A stretch of 64,000 nucleotides of DNA from Diadema antillarum (lineage: Eukaryota), in contig NW_027271324.1 in the NCBI RefSeq assembly GCF_040938485.1, positions 682,001 through 746,000 of the forward strand, read 5' to 3'. Shown here one piece after another: positions 11,805-24,876 of the stretch; positions within the stretch are counted from its first letter, which is position 1; the number at the start of each line of letters is the position of its first letter. A model generated the notes under the pieces. That model worked only from the letters and a program-made list of their open reading frames with translations. It was not told where the DNA came from and searched no databases. A program made the translations under genes and the position numbers.

Positions 11805-13915
11805 TTAATTGTCCCTGCCAAACGAGTTCGAGCAGGGGACTATGAAACGGGCTCCGTACGTGTGTGTGTCCGTCCGTCCGTCCGTCTGTGCGTCCGTGCG
11901 TGATCAAACTGTTCAATTTGCTACCATTGTACAATCTACATCAGATTTGAAATAAGAAATGTCTCTACCTTTCAGATTTACTTCATTTATTAAATGAAAA
12001 TGGAATTCAGTTATAGCCTGTATGATATAGGCATGTCTGTCCATCCCGTTACATACCTTCACCTGTTAATTTCTTTTGTTCCCAGTGGGCAGAAAGAGAG
12101 TTTTGGTGATTAAGTAGTTTCGTTACGGGATAAGTTGAAATGTTGTAACCAAAACTAGCTTAGCTTGAAAGCAAATTTAATGCAATTGGCAATCAAACTT
12201 AAGTGTTGCTTTGTCTGTCCACTTTTTGAAGGTATGTAACAGATTTTAAGGAGACTCATTTTTTGAAAAATAAGCCATATCAGTGCAGTTGCTTGGATTC
12301 ATAAGACATGCCAGGCCAGCATCTACATAATCAGTATACTTCCACTCCCTAGGGAAGTCCCACAAGTTTCTGCCGTGACTTGACAGTAGCCAAAAACTTG
12401 TCTGTCCACTTTGTTACATACCTTCACCCATGTTTGTACCTTCATTGAATATAAAATTTAATAAAAAATACAGAAAGATGAGTCATCAAGGTTTATGGCC
12501 TCAGAAAGACATCATATACTAACAATGTCTGAAATCACTTTCCTTTGTGGATCATTCAAAAATATGTGTGAATTAATTTTTTCGTGTGTGGACAGACAAC
12601 CTGTACAGTAAACGCATGTGTCTGTCCATGTTCGTACCTTCCTTGACAGATGATGGTGACATCTTTCTAGTAATAGAATTAAACATGATCTGGATACTTT
12701 TATTTCATGTCATACACTATTTTTATTAGCAGATTAGAGAGCTCAGATGGTTTTAATTAGAAATTTTGGATGATTCCACATGTGAAGGTACGAACATGGA
12801 CAGACGAAGGTATGAACATGGACAGACGTCTGTCCATGTTCGTACCTTCAAGATCAGATTCCCCTCATGATTATTATCCTTCAGGTGATGTAATTTTACA
12901 TGGTCAAAATAATTTCATTTCATGTAATAATTTTTTTCCATTAGCAGATCAGAGCATACAGATGTCTCTTGTTAGAAATTTTGAACCATTACACAAGTGA
13001 AGGTACGAACATGGACAGACGTCTGTCCATGTTTGTACCTTCAATGACACAAGCTCCCTGACCATATGGTTAACATTGTGTTGTAACTTTAAACAATTGT
13101 ATTTCTATGAAGAGCATTTACTTTAAGTAATTCATACACAGTATAAAAAGTAGCAAAAGTTGTTTTAAAAGGCCCTTGCTTTCCACATTGGCTTAATAGA
13201 GAATTTAAACTAAACATGTAAATAATGTTATGACTAATCAATGTTAACATTTCACAATATTGCATAAAATAATGTACATACCCCGGAAATATTCAACTTT
13301 GCTTTCATTGTGCATGGTACCTGAAAATATTAATTACAGCTTCTTTCAAATTCTGAATAAGATATACTGCTGAAGGGGACCAATGTCTGTCCATGTTACA
13401 TACCTTCACTTTTGTGAACATGATTTCTCTGTCATTTATGAGACAATTTTGATTCTGTTTGCTTTATGTGATAGCACTACATGGGAGCTTTGAGACTTCT
13501 ACACAAAATTTCAGTTGTGACCTTTGACCTTGACCATTGACCTATATTGTAAATTTTGCTTCAAAATGCTACTCCTTCGCCATTTCTAACCCGATTTCGA
13601 TTCCGTTTGCTTTATGTGATGGCACTAGGTGAGGGCTTCAAAACTTCTACATGGAATTTTGACCTTTGACTTCTTTGACGTTTGACCTTGGTTTTTTACC
13701 TATATTGTACATTGAATACAAAATGCTACTCCTTCGCCATTTATAACCCAATTTCGATTCCGTTTGCTTGGTGATGGCACTAGGTGAGGGCTTCAAAACT
13801 TCTACACAGAAATTTGACCTTTGACTTCTTTGACCTTCATTTTTTACCTATATTTTACATTTTGCCACTAAATGCTACTTCCGGCGGGGACATATGTTAC
13901 GCACCACGTAATTTC
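11805..13915 (+). mobile_element. Helentron-associated non-autonomous element (HINE/DINE-1/pearl-like) with internal insertion
   Basis: 5' subterminal repeat TGTCCCTGCC (11810-11819) with a nearby inverted copy GCAGGGGAC (11832-11840). (GTCC)n microsatellite at about 11867-11900. Three ~150-bp core repeats at 13450-13870. 3' inverted subterminal repeat GGCGGGGACA (13883-13892) and terminal hairpin TTACG-CACCA-CGTAA (13897-13911). Confidence 0.75.
12035..13410. repeat. Dispersed array of a 22-bp motif (GAAGGTACGAACATGGACAGAC) in both orientations, including head-to-head palindromes
   Basis: Copies or half-copies near 12035, 12215, 12400, 12620, 12784-12849, 12998-13043 and 13385. Confidence 0.85.
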
Positions 13916-14782
13916 TACTTTTCCTTGTTTTGAATTTGGAGTTAATCCCACATGAAATTAAATATCAATCAATTATCATAAATTACATTATTATTACAAT
14001 AACTTACATAAAATGTATTTCTATGGTGGTTCTCTATCGATATCTACTTTAAAATGGCACTAAGTTTGCAAATTATCAGGCTTTAAACCTGCAAATGGGA
14101 TCCTCTACTATTAACAGGACAATAGGTTACAATGTAGCTTTGCTTTGGCAGGATATTGTAATGACTAATAGTCTTTTAAGTCCTTGAATCATCTCTGGAA
14201 TGTAATCAGAAATGTAACTTGAATGTAATTGAGCCCACCCATGATCCCAAAGGATATAAATCAACAATTTTGAAACATGCTCAGGTGTGGTGGAAGAGGG
14301 AGCATATATACACATCTTTCAACATGAGAGTACATATGCAAAACCATAAATGAGACTGGGCTCATACATTCTAGATTTCAATAGTGACACCCCTGCCAGG
14401 CCAAGGTACAGAGGTCATTTATTTAATGATGACCAAATGAACAAGATATATCAATTGGCAGTAGGTGATACACATTTCAAGCGTCTACGCAAAAGGCCAC
14501 CCCCCAAAAAAATATGTTTGCTTGCCCTTATTAAAAAGTACAAATTCCCAAAATCCAAGAGTGTCGGTATTTTGTTGCTTTCTTTCATCTGTTTTTCTTT
14601 AGGTATTTATGTTTTCAAACACATTTTTCATTTTGCGTTAAAAAAATAGATCACAAATTTGTAGATGAAAACTTTGGGGAAAAAAATTGAAATAGTATAA
14701 AATAAATAAATAAAAAACCCGAGCCAAAATTTCCAGGATTTTCAGTTGGTCGCAAAGGGTATACAATTTTTTTTTTTTTTTT

Positions 14783-14813
<31 letters not shown>

Positions 14814-14849
14814 GGGGCCTAACCATAGACTGCCACACCCTTGGCATCC

Positions 14850-17800
14850 TTACTGTTCAGTAAGAGACCGGAGAAAGTGTTCTCCATCAATGTCCATCTT
14901 CACCTTTTTTATTTTCAAGGTGAGCAGCTCCTTCTCTAGCTCCAACTTCGCCTGCTCCGCTTGAAGTTTCTTGAATTTCTCCTGAGAGCACTTTATCTCC
15001 CATTCCAGGTATGTGTTGTAGAGTTGGCCCTCTGACTTACGCCTCTTGTTTGACTTCCCAGGCAGTGAGGCAACAGCTGCTGCCGGTTGCAAGGGGTCTC
15101 TAGCTGCTGATGGTTGTGGTGGGGCTCCAGCTGCTGCCAGTGGCAGGGGGGCTCTAGCTGCTGCCGGTTGTGGTGGGGCTCCAGCTGTTGCTGGTGGAAG
15201 GGGGGCTCTATCTGCTGCCCGTTGCAAGGAGGCTCCAGGTACTGTAGGTGGCAGGGGGGATCTAGCTGCTGATGGTTGTGGTGGGGCTCCAGCTGCTGCT
15301 GGTGGCAGGGGGGCTCTTGCTGCTGCTCGTTGCAAGGAGGCTCCAGGTACTGTCGGTGGCAGGGGGGCTCTAGCTGTGGAAGGTTGCGTAGGGACTCCAG
15401 CTGCTGGTGGTGGCAAGGGGGCTCTAGCTGCAGCTGCCGGTTGCGGGGGGGCCCCAGCTGCTACCGGTGGCAGGGGGGCTCCAGCTTGTGGTAGTGGTGG
15501 TGATGGTGGTGGGGCTCCAGCTGCTGGTGATGGGGCTCTCCTATGTAGTGGTGGGACTTCAGCTGATGATGCAGCTTGTCGGCCTGGTATCAGTCCACGC
15601 CTGCAAGAAAAGTGAGAAATCACAAAATTGTTTTAATAATATTGTCATATTTCCACAAACAGTAAACTATACAAGTTGGAACTCTTAGAGCTTTTACAAG
15701 ATTTGAATAATATAATGCCTATTTTGGGCGAATTGAGGGAAATTTAAAATGATTATTAATAAAAATATATAATTTTGAAAATTTACGTGGGGGGGGGGGG
15801 AATGCCCCCCCCCCCCCTTCCCCTGCTGCATACAGCCATGCTTTAATAGCGTGTACCTGTTTCATAACTACAATTGTACACATATTCCATTATTTATGTC
15901 ATACGTCCCATTCAAGTTGTATGATCAAGGGAGCGGTGGTTATTGTTTCGGTTCTACATTCATTTTATTAATCATTTGACACAATTTTCAGGATTTCCAC
16001 TTAATAATAACAGTATTGACTGGCCTTCAAACATCCAGACTATATCTTTACCCTCTCTTAAATCAAATTTTGCCCACAAATATTGCTTGGGCAATATTTG
16101 ATTTCAAATCGGGCAATATAGTCTCCTATCTCTTACAGGCCAGTCAATATTATCATTAAAAAGGTGTCATTAATAAGTCATTTCTTAAAAAGAAATTTCC
16201 CTTTATACAATAGGCCAAATATGACAAAAATCAAATCAATAAACTAGTACGGATATTTTTTAATCTCACATTTCATTAAATTTTATTAAAATACAATGAT
16301 AGTTTTATTAAATTTGATATAATTTTTAAAAAGAAAATCAGATATTTGATGATTATAAAGGCAATTCATCAAGGAGTCATGATTTGCTTTGAAACTGCTA
16401 TTTTGTATCTAAAATGATTTAATTTTTATTTTTTTATTGTTCAGTGGGCCTTCCCCCCCCCCAAAAAAAAAAAAATGATGAGCGTTATCTGCACTTTGCA
16501 AGTTGTAATTATCATCAATTTGTTACATTGTAATTCTTATTTCAGTTCCAAGCGTGAAAGTTGTTACAAATATTTATTTGAAAGAGCTTTATCAAATACT
16601 GAACAAGTTTTATTTTTTTGAAGTTAACTTACCAAAACCATTTGTGTGCTTTAACCCTTTCTTATGAATATTCAAATGAGTTGGTTATATCATAGCAACA
16701 CAATTTGTAATACCATCATTACAATGTTTTAGCAGGAAATGCTCCCCCCAGAATGTGACATATTAAAATTTCATTTATAAATTTTTATTAAATTTTCATA
16801 CATGTATTCCCCTAAAAAAAAAATTCTGTAGATCTTATACATTAAAGTTTGAATCACTTTGTACTGATACAGTGCAAATTCAATAGAAAGAGATTAGACA
16901 TAACAAAATATCGGATAAAGAAATATATATATACCTATATTTCTGAGATACCAATGAAATTATTAATTTTTTTTTTATTATTTCTTGAATACTGATATAC
17001 AGTAAAACATGATATATTCGCGGCATGAATTTTTCGCAAATTGGAGCCAACAGCCTTTTTCATGGCATTAAATATTCTCCAAGTGCCACTGGCATTCAAT
17101 GCATATAGTGTAAACAAGGACTTTCGCGTGCATTTTAATTTCGCGAATCTTGGCGCTCGTGAAATTAAAGTGCACGCGAAAATTCGTTTTACGGTACACT
17201 GTAACAGAATATTAATACAATAACCCAAATTTCCTGGTTAAGAGGTCCTTGTTATAAAGACTTTACACAATATCATACTCATTGACGATTTCATTTTATT
17301 TTTTACATAACAAAACAAGAAACTCAGGTTCACTCCAAGAGATTTGGTTGAAAAATAACTTACAAGGAATTTGCTCCATTGAGGATGCCAATCAAGGCTG
17401 CTGAGTTGGCTCCAATGGCATTCTCAACTCTCTCGTCAATGTCAGTCATCACACAGACTGGTCCTCCACCACCTCAAATCCACATGAAAAAAACAGAAGA
17501 CACAGGTGACGATAACTTTGTAAATATATAGTCTACGTCTTGCCGATTTCAGATGAGAATCACTTTATAATAAGCTCTTGAGCTAAGTTTGCATGTGCGT
17601 GTGTGTGTGTGTGTGTGTTTATGCGTGTGACATTACTTTTTAGACAAGGCAGATACCTCCTCTCATTATTGCATTGGCCCCCAGGTTAAAGGAAAGTTTA
17701 AAATGTCTAGTAAAATAAGCCAGTTCGGAGTTCCAGTTTGAGCATGAGCAGAAAAAGGTCATTTGTACCGAGAGACAAGCTGGTTTTTTATTTCACTGAG

Positions 17801-20800
17801 ATAAGCAACTGTAATGTTATGATTATTCGTGGAATCCTTATAAATAGTGCCTGACAGTACATCCACCTGACAGCAAGCCTGGTATTTGGCAATGTTAACA
17901 GAAAAAGATTGTTAATGTAGTCAAAACAGCACAATGAAATAGATGCTTCCCAAAGTGTTGATTGACAAACCATCCTGGTCACTTTATCTACACAGGTTCA
18001 TTCTTTGTTAGAATACGAGTTCCATAAATTGCTATGTTGGGCAAGCTGCTGCATTATGTCGCTTTGAATTTAGTTAAGTGCCTAACCAACTGCAAAAAAT
18101 GAAAGGTCATTTGTACCCATGTGGACATGAGCTATCTCCGAACTGGCTTATTAATTTAATGTCCTCAAATATATGTTGATCAGCTATAAATTTGACTGGC
18201 TGGAGTCTGGGCCATTATATATTATGCATGAAGATCTTTTTCCTTAACACCATACACTTGTTATTTGCAAATATTCATATTTTTGGCCCAAGCCTACATC
18301 CAAGTACTTTAAACTGACATTTTAGCTTGCGAAACAATTCATTGACGATCACATGAACCGACGAATCCGTCAAAAATGGTCAACATATTGGATTTTCACT
18401 TTTTCCCATTTTTAGATAGTTCAAACAAAAGACTATTCTGTTTCAATTTTTAAAGTCATAATATAATGTCAATTGAGAGAAAATTGCAAGTAAAATTTGG
18501 CCCTGACCGCCAATCGAAACATGTGTACATTGTATGTACTATGTGCGCGTGCCTCCAAACCTGCATCATAAACATAATATACACACACATGCTAGCCCAC
18601 ACACACACACACGCACACACATGCATATACATTGTACGTATATTACTGTATACAAACACAAACACACATACAGATGCACTCACACACATACCCTAACGCA
18701 CACGCACAAAAACATACATATACACATTCACACAACCACAAATATACACACACTCACAGACACACTCATACACATATATACACATATATGCACATACACA
18801 TACAAACACTCGAACACACACACAAACTAAACACTAACACGCACACACATAGAACTCACCATACACACAGACACACATGTAAACATACACACTGTATACG
18901 CACACGTACACATGCATAAATGCACACGCATCAGACACAAATGCACACACATACACACATGGACACAAACACACACGTATCATATACTCACTTGTAAGCA
19001 CACTAACAGACACATACACACATGCACATACTGACACACACACACACAGACACACACACACATACACTGAAACACATACACATACACACATATGCATATA
19101 AACACACAAATGTATACACTCACACGTAAACATTCACACAAACACAGAAACGCTCATAAGTATGTTAGACGAGCGATTTCACCTTTGTGACGGCACGCAC
19201 TAAACTGCGATCGGGCGTCTGACGATGAGCAAGACTAAAGACTGGAAAGTAGGTTAGGGTTAGGGTAAAGGGTAGATTTATGGCATGGGGTAGAGTTAGG
19301 GCACGTGTACACTGTTGGCTATTATGTACAACCATGGACCTACAACTGTACTATACATGGACTAGAAACGAAGGTCTTTCTTTGATCCCATCATCACCGC
19401 TGCCACCTGATTATGTGCATCTTTTCATGCGTACATTCAGGTGCTGGGATAATGACGCTTGTGCAATCGTGCATGGTCATTGACAAAAGAACCATTTCCC
19501 TAATTGCAGTCTTATTTTGCTGAGGTACCTTTTCAGACTCAACTGCCTTTGAATAAATACTGATGAAAGGGAGAAGCAAACCCGAAAACATGACAGTTTT
19601 CCTGCCACAAAATTGAAATTACTGAAGTGGACACTTGTGGACAAGCATGAAACATGGCTTAATGACAAGACATACATGTCATCTACGGTTACTGTCCATG
19701 TTTACTCTGGAACAATGTGCGAAAAATGAGGGAAATTAGATTACAAATCACAATCAACCTGTCAAAATAATTGCTTTCTCTTGTAAAGTACGCGCATTTC
19801 ACAAATGAAATTACTTGAGCGATAATTTCCCAATGTACACTACAACTGCACATGCATTTTTCTTGATTTAAGAGAATTACTATCTTCTGCACATCAGTTT
19901 TTAGATTTATCAAAGCGTCGTCTTGTTTTTATCCAGGCTGGTTGTCGGCGGTGATGGTAAGATCAAAGCAGGAAAGCAAGCTTAAAATGTTTTTGTGACG
20001 CTTTTGACAGAAACAGGTGCATGAATTACTTAACGAGTGATGAATGTCCATTTGTAGTACATGTAGGTCCATGGTACAACTGTGTGGTACAAAGCACAGG
20101 TGGGACTGAGAAAAATGGAAAAAAAACAAATCTGTGAATTCTCTCCAAGTGAAAATGTCATTGATATTTGATTTTACCAACTGAAGTTGATGTCCGAGGT
20201 ACACCCAAACACTGTTATTTCTGTTCTTCTTTTCTACTTTTATTTGACTAAAAAAAAACGTCATCCCTGCCTTCATTTTAACGGTTACAAAAAATATATA
20301 TAAATTCAGACAATACAGTCCAAAACCTTTTACAAACCAAGTCATTCTTGACTTATACTGCTTCACATTTATCTTAACTTTTATTGAAATTGAAACATTG
20401 AATATGTCAATGAATGCTTTTTTAAGGAAAAAGCAGAATTTCATTTTCTTTTTTCATTCAGTATCAGTTCACTACAGAACTTAATGCCAACCAGCCATAG
20501 GTGTAATGAAATTATACCTATGCCTGCAGAGGTGGGGTTAGGGATAGGGTTAGGGCTAGCATTTGCCACTTTTAGTCTCTAGTCTCGCTCATCATTTGCT
20601 ATCCAATGCAATCTTAGTGATTCGACGGTTCGAAGATCATGCACATTAACTTCCCGGTCTGTAAACCATTGAATCATTACATCTACCACAGTGCATGTAA
20701 CCAGGTTCACTTTACATTGCTGAAGTAATAAATTTTTTGACTGTATAAGGTTTATACTACCATCATAGTAAGCAGCAGAATTCAGGCTTTCTTACAAGGG

Positions 20801-23354
20801 ATATTCTTTATAGCATACAGTTCATTTTATATGTACAAAACAAATCCGAAACCCGCCCAAACTTTATCCGCGTTTTCCTCGAAATTGTGTTTGCGCCCAA
20901 CAGGGACCAATTTGTTGGTTCGTGTGATTGTCAATGAATTAATGGTGATAAATACATACACCATTCCATGTCTATACGATGCACATCACAACACAATGTA
21001 TATGTCGTCCTGTCATCACTGCCACTTGAGTCTTGACCAGGGGGGTCAAGCCCTGCCATTTTGTAAAAATAAATTGAACGCACAAATAGAGGGTCACTGA
21101 ATAATTCATTTTGTTAGATGATACGCGCAATAACTGTTTTAATTACTGCGACGCAATTTGAAAAACTGTTGGGTCAGCGAACTGTGAATGCTCACGTGAT
21201 CACAGGTAAAGAAAATAGGTCACAGGTTTATATCGAATTTGTAAACAAATTATCATTCATGATTACAAATTACACACACACAAAACTAACCAATGTCATT
21301 ACTGAATGCCTGAGCCTCGTTCTTGATACATGCTGGTCTTATTGTTGTGCGCCACACACAACGCAGCTACATGTACGCCCGTGACGTCACCACCGTCCAC
21401 TAACGATGAATTATTCAGCTATTCAGTGACCCTCTATATGTGCGTTCAATTGATTCCAGTGGGCCGGTCCTAGAACAATGCTTAACATGCTGACGTATCA
21501 CAAAGCTTTCCGCCTAGTAATTTTAATTGATATGTCTATGGTCTTGACCAATAAATATGTCAGATTCGATTAGTCAGGGAACTTCACTTTTTTCATTGAC
21601 ATTTGTTGGTCAGGAGGGGAATTGTGAACGAGGGCTGTGGATATATACAATCTGTATCAGTACAATTGTACATTGCCTCACAACGTGGAATTGGGACCTA
21701 AAGAAATGCTTCAGGGCCCCGCTGTGGTAGGAAATGAAGAACTATTGTCAATACTGGAAAAAAAAAGTGGGGGGGGGGGGGGCAAGCATGGTATTGGTAT
21801 TAGCGGACGCATGGTATTACCGGACACGCACATTTTTGCGTACTAATTACATTCTGTCAAATTCCTCGACCAATTCGACATATTTATCGGTCAACACTGC
21901 CACGCCAATAACTTCAGGCTATACCGGCAAACCCTAAATCTAACTTAGACAATATTATTATTAAACTCTTATAAATACCGTACAACATCTAGATCTACAT
22001 GTCCCAGTTTCTGTTCAGCAGTTTGTAGTTGTAAAGTGATACATCTACGTACCAAAGAAAACATGCATAATTTAATTTGCATAATATGTGCAGTAATGCC
22101 AGTATGCGGTCAATGTGCACATACAAAAATATTTAGAAGTTCATCAATCACACATCCAAAATACTCTGCTCTGTGAATCTTAAGATTGAGATCTAGAAGC
22201 TCTACATACAATGTAGAACACTAGCTCTAATTCTAACTTGTTAAACTGTGATTCCTCAATTACACTGTAGAAAATACAAAATCACATTTGTTTGAAAATG
22301 GAATCGAACAAGCTGCAATGATCATTTAGAAAGTATTCCTGAAACAGATATTCAAAAATGAATGGAAGCACCACACTACCGATTAGTAATTACCCTTGAC
22401 TTGTATTTGGCCAGTTTGTGCATACGCTTAGCCCGTTACATATTCAATGTTGAAAAAAAATCAAATGTAGAATGAAAACTTAGCTTTATTTCTTTGCTGA
22501 ACGAGATCCGAAGAACCCTCAAACTAGTATCACTCAGAACAGGAGACTAGAGTCTACATGTAACTGGATAGTTTAATCACAGCATGCAGCTGCACAGGAG
22601 CAACTGATGATGCATGATGCACAGGCTTTCACTGAGCACCCTGGGGCAGCGCTGCCGCCAGTGGCCCGCGTGCAGGATGACTGACGGAGTGATGGTTGAA
22701 TTGCGCCTTGAGCCCGAGCTGTGTACTGACAAATCCAACAATCGAAAGATAAGCTGATACAAATCGTCCTCGCTTGCTGGAAGTTTTGACGGAGTAGTCT
22801 AGACCTAACTTGTCTTTAAAAGTAAAATTGATACTGTATGCAGCCGACAAAAACCGTGATTTGTGAGCAGTTTCACAGACAGCGAAGAGCTCTAGGTCGA
22901 TCGTGAAAAGGGCTAAACTTGCTATGCGCAAGCGCAAGATTTGACCCAATTTTGACCTTTTCTTGTTATTCTTACTGCGCCATCTACGATTTGTTCCATA
23001 TGTTTCTCTCTATATCCACGTAACATATTACTTATATATCACCTCATTATTCCAATAAATCAAATAAATCAACATACCTGTCTTTGACATCTCCTGTCTT
23101 TCCTGATAACGGTGCTCTTTCATAGTGCTGGAAAGGTTGTTCCATTTTTTTTTTACTTCGAGCACCGACCTCCTTACCCTCGAAACAGCATTCACCCTGA
23201 TGGTGATTGCTGCCCAGGCCCGTTCCTTGTCTTTATGAGTCACGGTCTGGCCAAGTTTGGGCTTTAAGACCGCCTCATACTCTCTGTACCCCTCCACCAG
23301 CTCATATTTCTCTAATTCACTAAAATTCTTCTTTCTTCTCTCGTCGCCTTCCAT
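14850..23354 (-). CDS. Harbinger Myb/SANT-like DNA-binding protein, 3 exons, about 378 aa
   Basis: Exons 23354-23078, 17472-17364 and 15600-14850 join in frame (1137 nt). N-terminal RKKNFSELEK..L....KERAWAAITIRVNA..RRSVLEVKKKWNNL is Myb/SANT-like (Myb_DNA-bind_5 type). This is followed by a KTGGGGP...IGIL linker, Pro/Ala repeats and a C-terminal coiled coil (KLQAEQAKLELEKELLTLKIKK). The exon 2 acceptor is an atypical GAG. Confidence 0.85.
16005..16155. mobile_element. Small fold-back MITE
   Basis: GTATTGACTGGCC...GACTATAT is mirrored by ATATAGTC...GGCCAGTCAATAT, with a near-palindromic centre. Confidence 0.55.
16998..17196. mobile_element. Tc1/mariner-type MITE (~200 bp)
   Basis: TACAGTAAAAC (16998-17008) and GTTTTACGGTA (17186-17196), TA ends, internal CGCGAA/TTCGCG motifs. 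Confidence 0.7.
17714..18152. mobile_element. MITE with 17-bp perfect TIR
   Basis: AATAAGCCAGTTCGGAG (17714-17730) and CTCCGAACTGGCTTATT (18136-18152), with internal direct repeat AAAGGTCATTTGTACC. Confidence 0.7.
18580..19145. repeat. Degenerate (CA)n/(CATA)n low-complexity tract
   Basis: About 560 bp of AC-rich simple sequence. Confidence 0.9.
19224..20593. mobile_element. Non-autonomous TIR element (~1.37 kb) with TTAGGG-like tracts inside both ends
   Basis: Left end GATGAGCAAGACTAAAGACTGGAAAGTAGG matches the reverse complement of the right end, GATGAGCGAGACTAGAGACTAAAAGTGG. TTAGGG-like runs at about 19252-19300 and 20535-20556. Confidence 0.6.
21086..21437. mobile_element. MITE with 18-bp TIR, TA ends
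   Basis: ATAGAGGGTCACTGAATA at 21086-21103 and its reverse complement ending at 21437. Confidence 0.75.
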
Positions 23355-23872
23355 CTTAGATACAACATGTAGCTATGATCTCCGAGTAATACATGTACGT
23401 TAGACAAAGGTTTGTGCGAAAAACAATTAACACGTAATTTCCCATAGGAAATCGTCGCACAGCGCAGCGGTGATCGTCTGCCCATTTTGGCCAAGACATC
23501 GCGCAAAAATCGTGACGTCATAAGTAAAAAACTTATCTTCGGGCGATGTCATCGATCTTCGCTAAGTTTAAGCCAATTCTTTGCTCAGCATTTGAATACG
23601 ACTTAAGTAAACTACTTAGCCAAGTAAAATCCTAAGCTCAATAACAGACTTAACTTAAGTATGGATTTGAATACCGGCCCAGATTCAAAAATAATGATCT
23701 CGCTGCATCGCGATCGGATACAGTGTACTTTGTGACCTCCACACTCTGTACTGTTCATGGCCGCCTTACTACATCGACACTCTTTCCTGTCCACTCATTT
23801 ACACCACACACTGCACTGGCGTGCTCTGCATCTCCTGCCTTCTATAATCCCTTCCATACACTTTTTTTTGGA

Positions 23873-23980
23873 CGTACTACTACTACTACTACTACTACGA
23901 CTCCTCCTCCTCCTCCTCCTCCTCCTCCTCCTCCTCCTCCTCCTACTACTACTACTACTCGTACTACTACTCGTACTAGT
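23873..23980. repeat. Compound microsatellite (TAC)n(TCC)n(TAC)n
   Basis: Read directly from the sequence. Confidence 0.95.
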
Positions 23981-24286
23981 AGAGTATGACAAAATCAAAA
24001 TACGGTATATATGCCCATTGAATATTAAAGACAGCTCGCACAGCTAGAAAAGTATTACATCAGTAATATTAAAAAAAATATCAATTTGATCATTACAGAA
24101 TTGACACTTAATCATTCGGATTAGATTTTTGTGTACGGCTATGAATAAACTTCGAACTATTAATCACTTTTCAATGTCGTTGTGTGGCTGAATTGCATAA
24201 TGTACTTGTATGTCACTGCGCTCTGCACTGTCGTAATTACTTTTTGATTCCGTTGAGTTCGATCCCCTGCCACCCCCCCCCACTCT

Positions 24287-24360
<74 letters not shown>

Positions 24361-24876
24361 CACACCTCTACCCAGCAAAATCGACACAAGCACATGCTGT
24401 ATACACATGTCATACACTGACAAAACCTTTTGGACATAAACACAAAACAGTGTATATATGAAGGTAGACCAACAGCCATTTGCTTTTATTCAGTCTTTTT
24501 TTTTTTTTAGTCATCTGCAAAATTACAATACGTGCAAATTCTCTAACAAGATACAGAACTGGTACAAATGCTCTAACAAGAGACAGAATTGGTACAAATC
24601 ATCTATTGTCTTTATCAATTAAATATTTAGTCCTACAAGGTAGTAGATATCTGCAAAACTATGTGACGGTTTAGAAAAGAATCCAGCGCGTGTGAAATTG
24701 AATAACAAGTCATTGTGTCAACAATGTACGGATTAATTTCATGGCAGGATTGTACCTTTGCGCGTAAAACTTGTAACAAAAAAACAGGGGTATATTTTTG
24801 CTTATACGAATATAGTGTAATGTATGTACATAATACACTGAAGTTTGGAAAAGCGCTGAACTAGGGGAGCTGTGTG

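Larger units (their letters stand above)
2302..23679. mobile_element. Complete PIF/Harbinger DNA transposon, 21,378 bp, two convergent genes
   Basis: Perfect 27-bp TIR GGCCGGTATTCAAATCCATACTTAAGT at 2302-2328 with its reverse complement at 23653-23679. 3-bp direct repeat CAG on both sides (2299-2301, 23680-23682). Contains a Harbinger-type transposase and a Myb/SANT gene, the canonical two-gene Harbinger layout. Confidence 0.95.

Noticed and set aside
12784-13043. CRISPR-like reading of the 22-bp repeats
   Set aside because: Eukaryotic context, mixed orientations, no regular unique spacers and no cas genes.
15046-15615. 189-aa Gly/Ala-rich plus-strand ORF
   Set aside because: It is the antisense mirror of the Pro/Ala coding minisatellite in the Myb gene.
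22560-22985. GC-richer segment starting AGATGGCGC (minus strand) in Myb intron 1, with short ORFs
   Set aside because: No recognisable protein in any frame and not needed for the gene model. It may be a repeat fragment or promoter-like sequence but cannot be supported.
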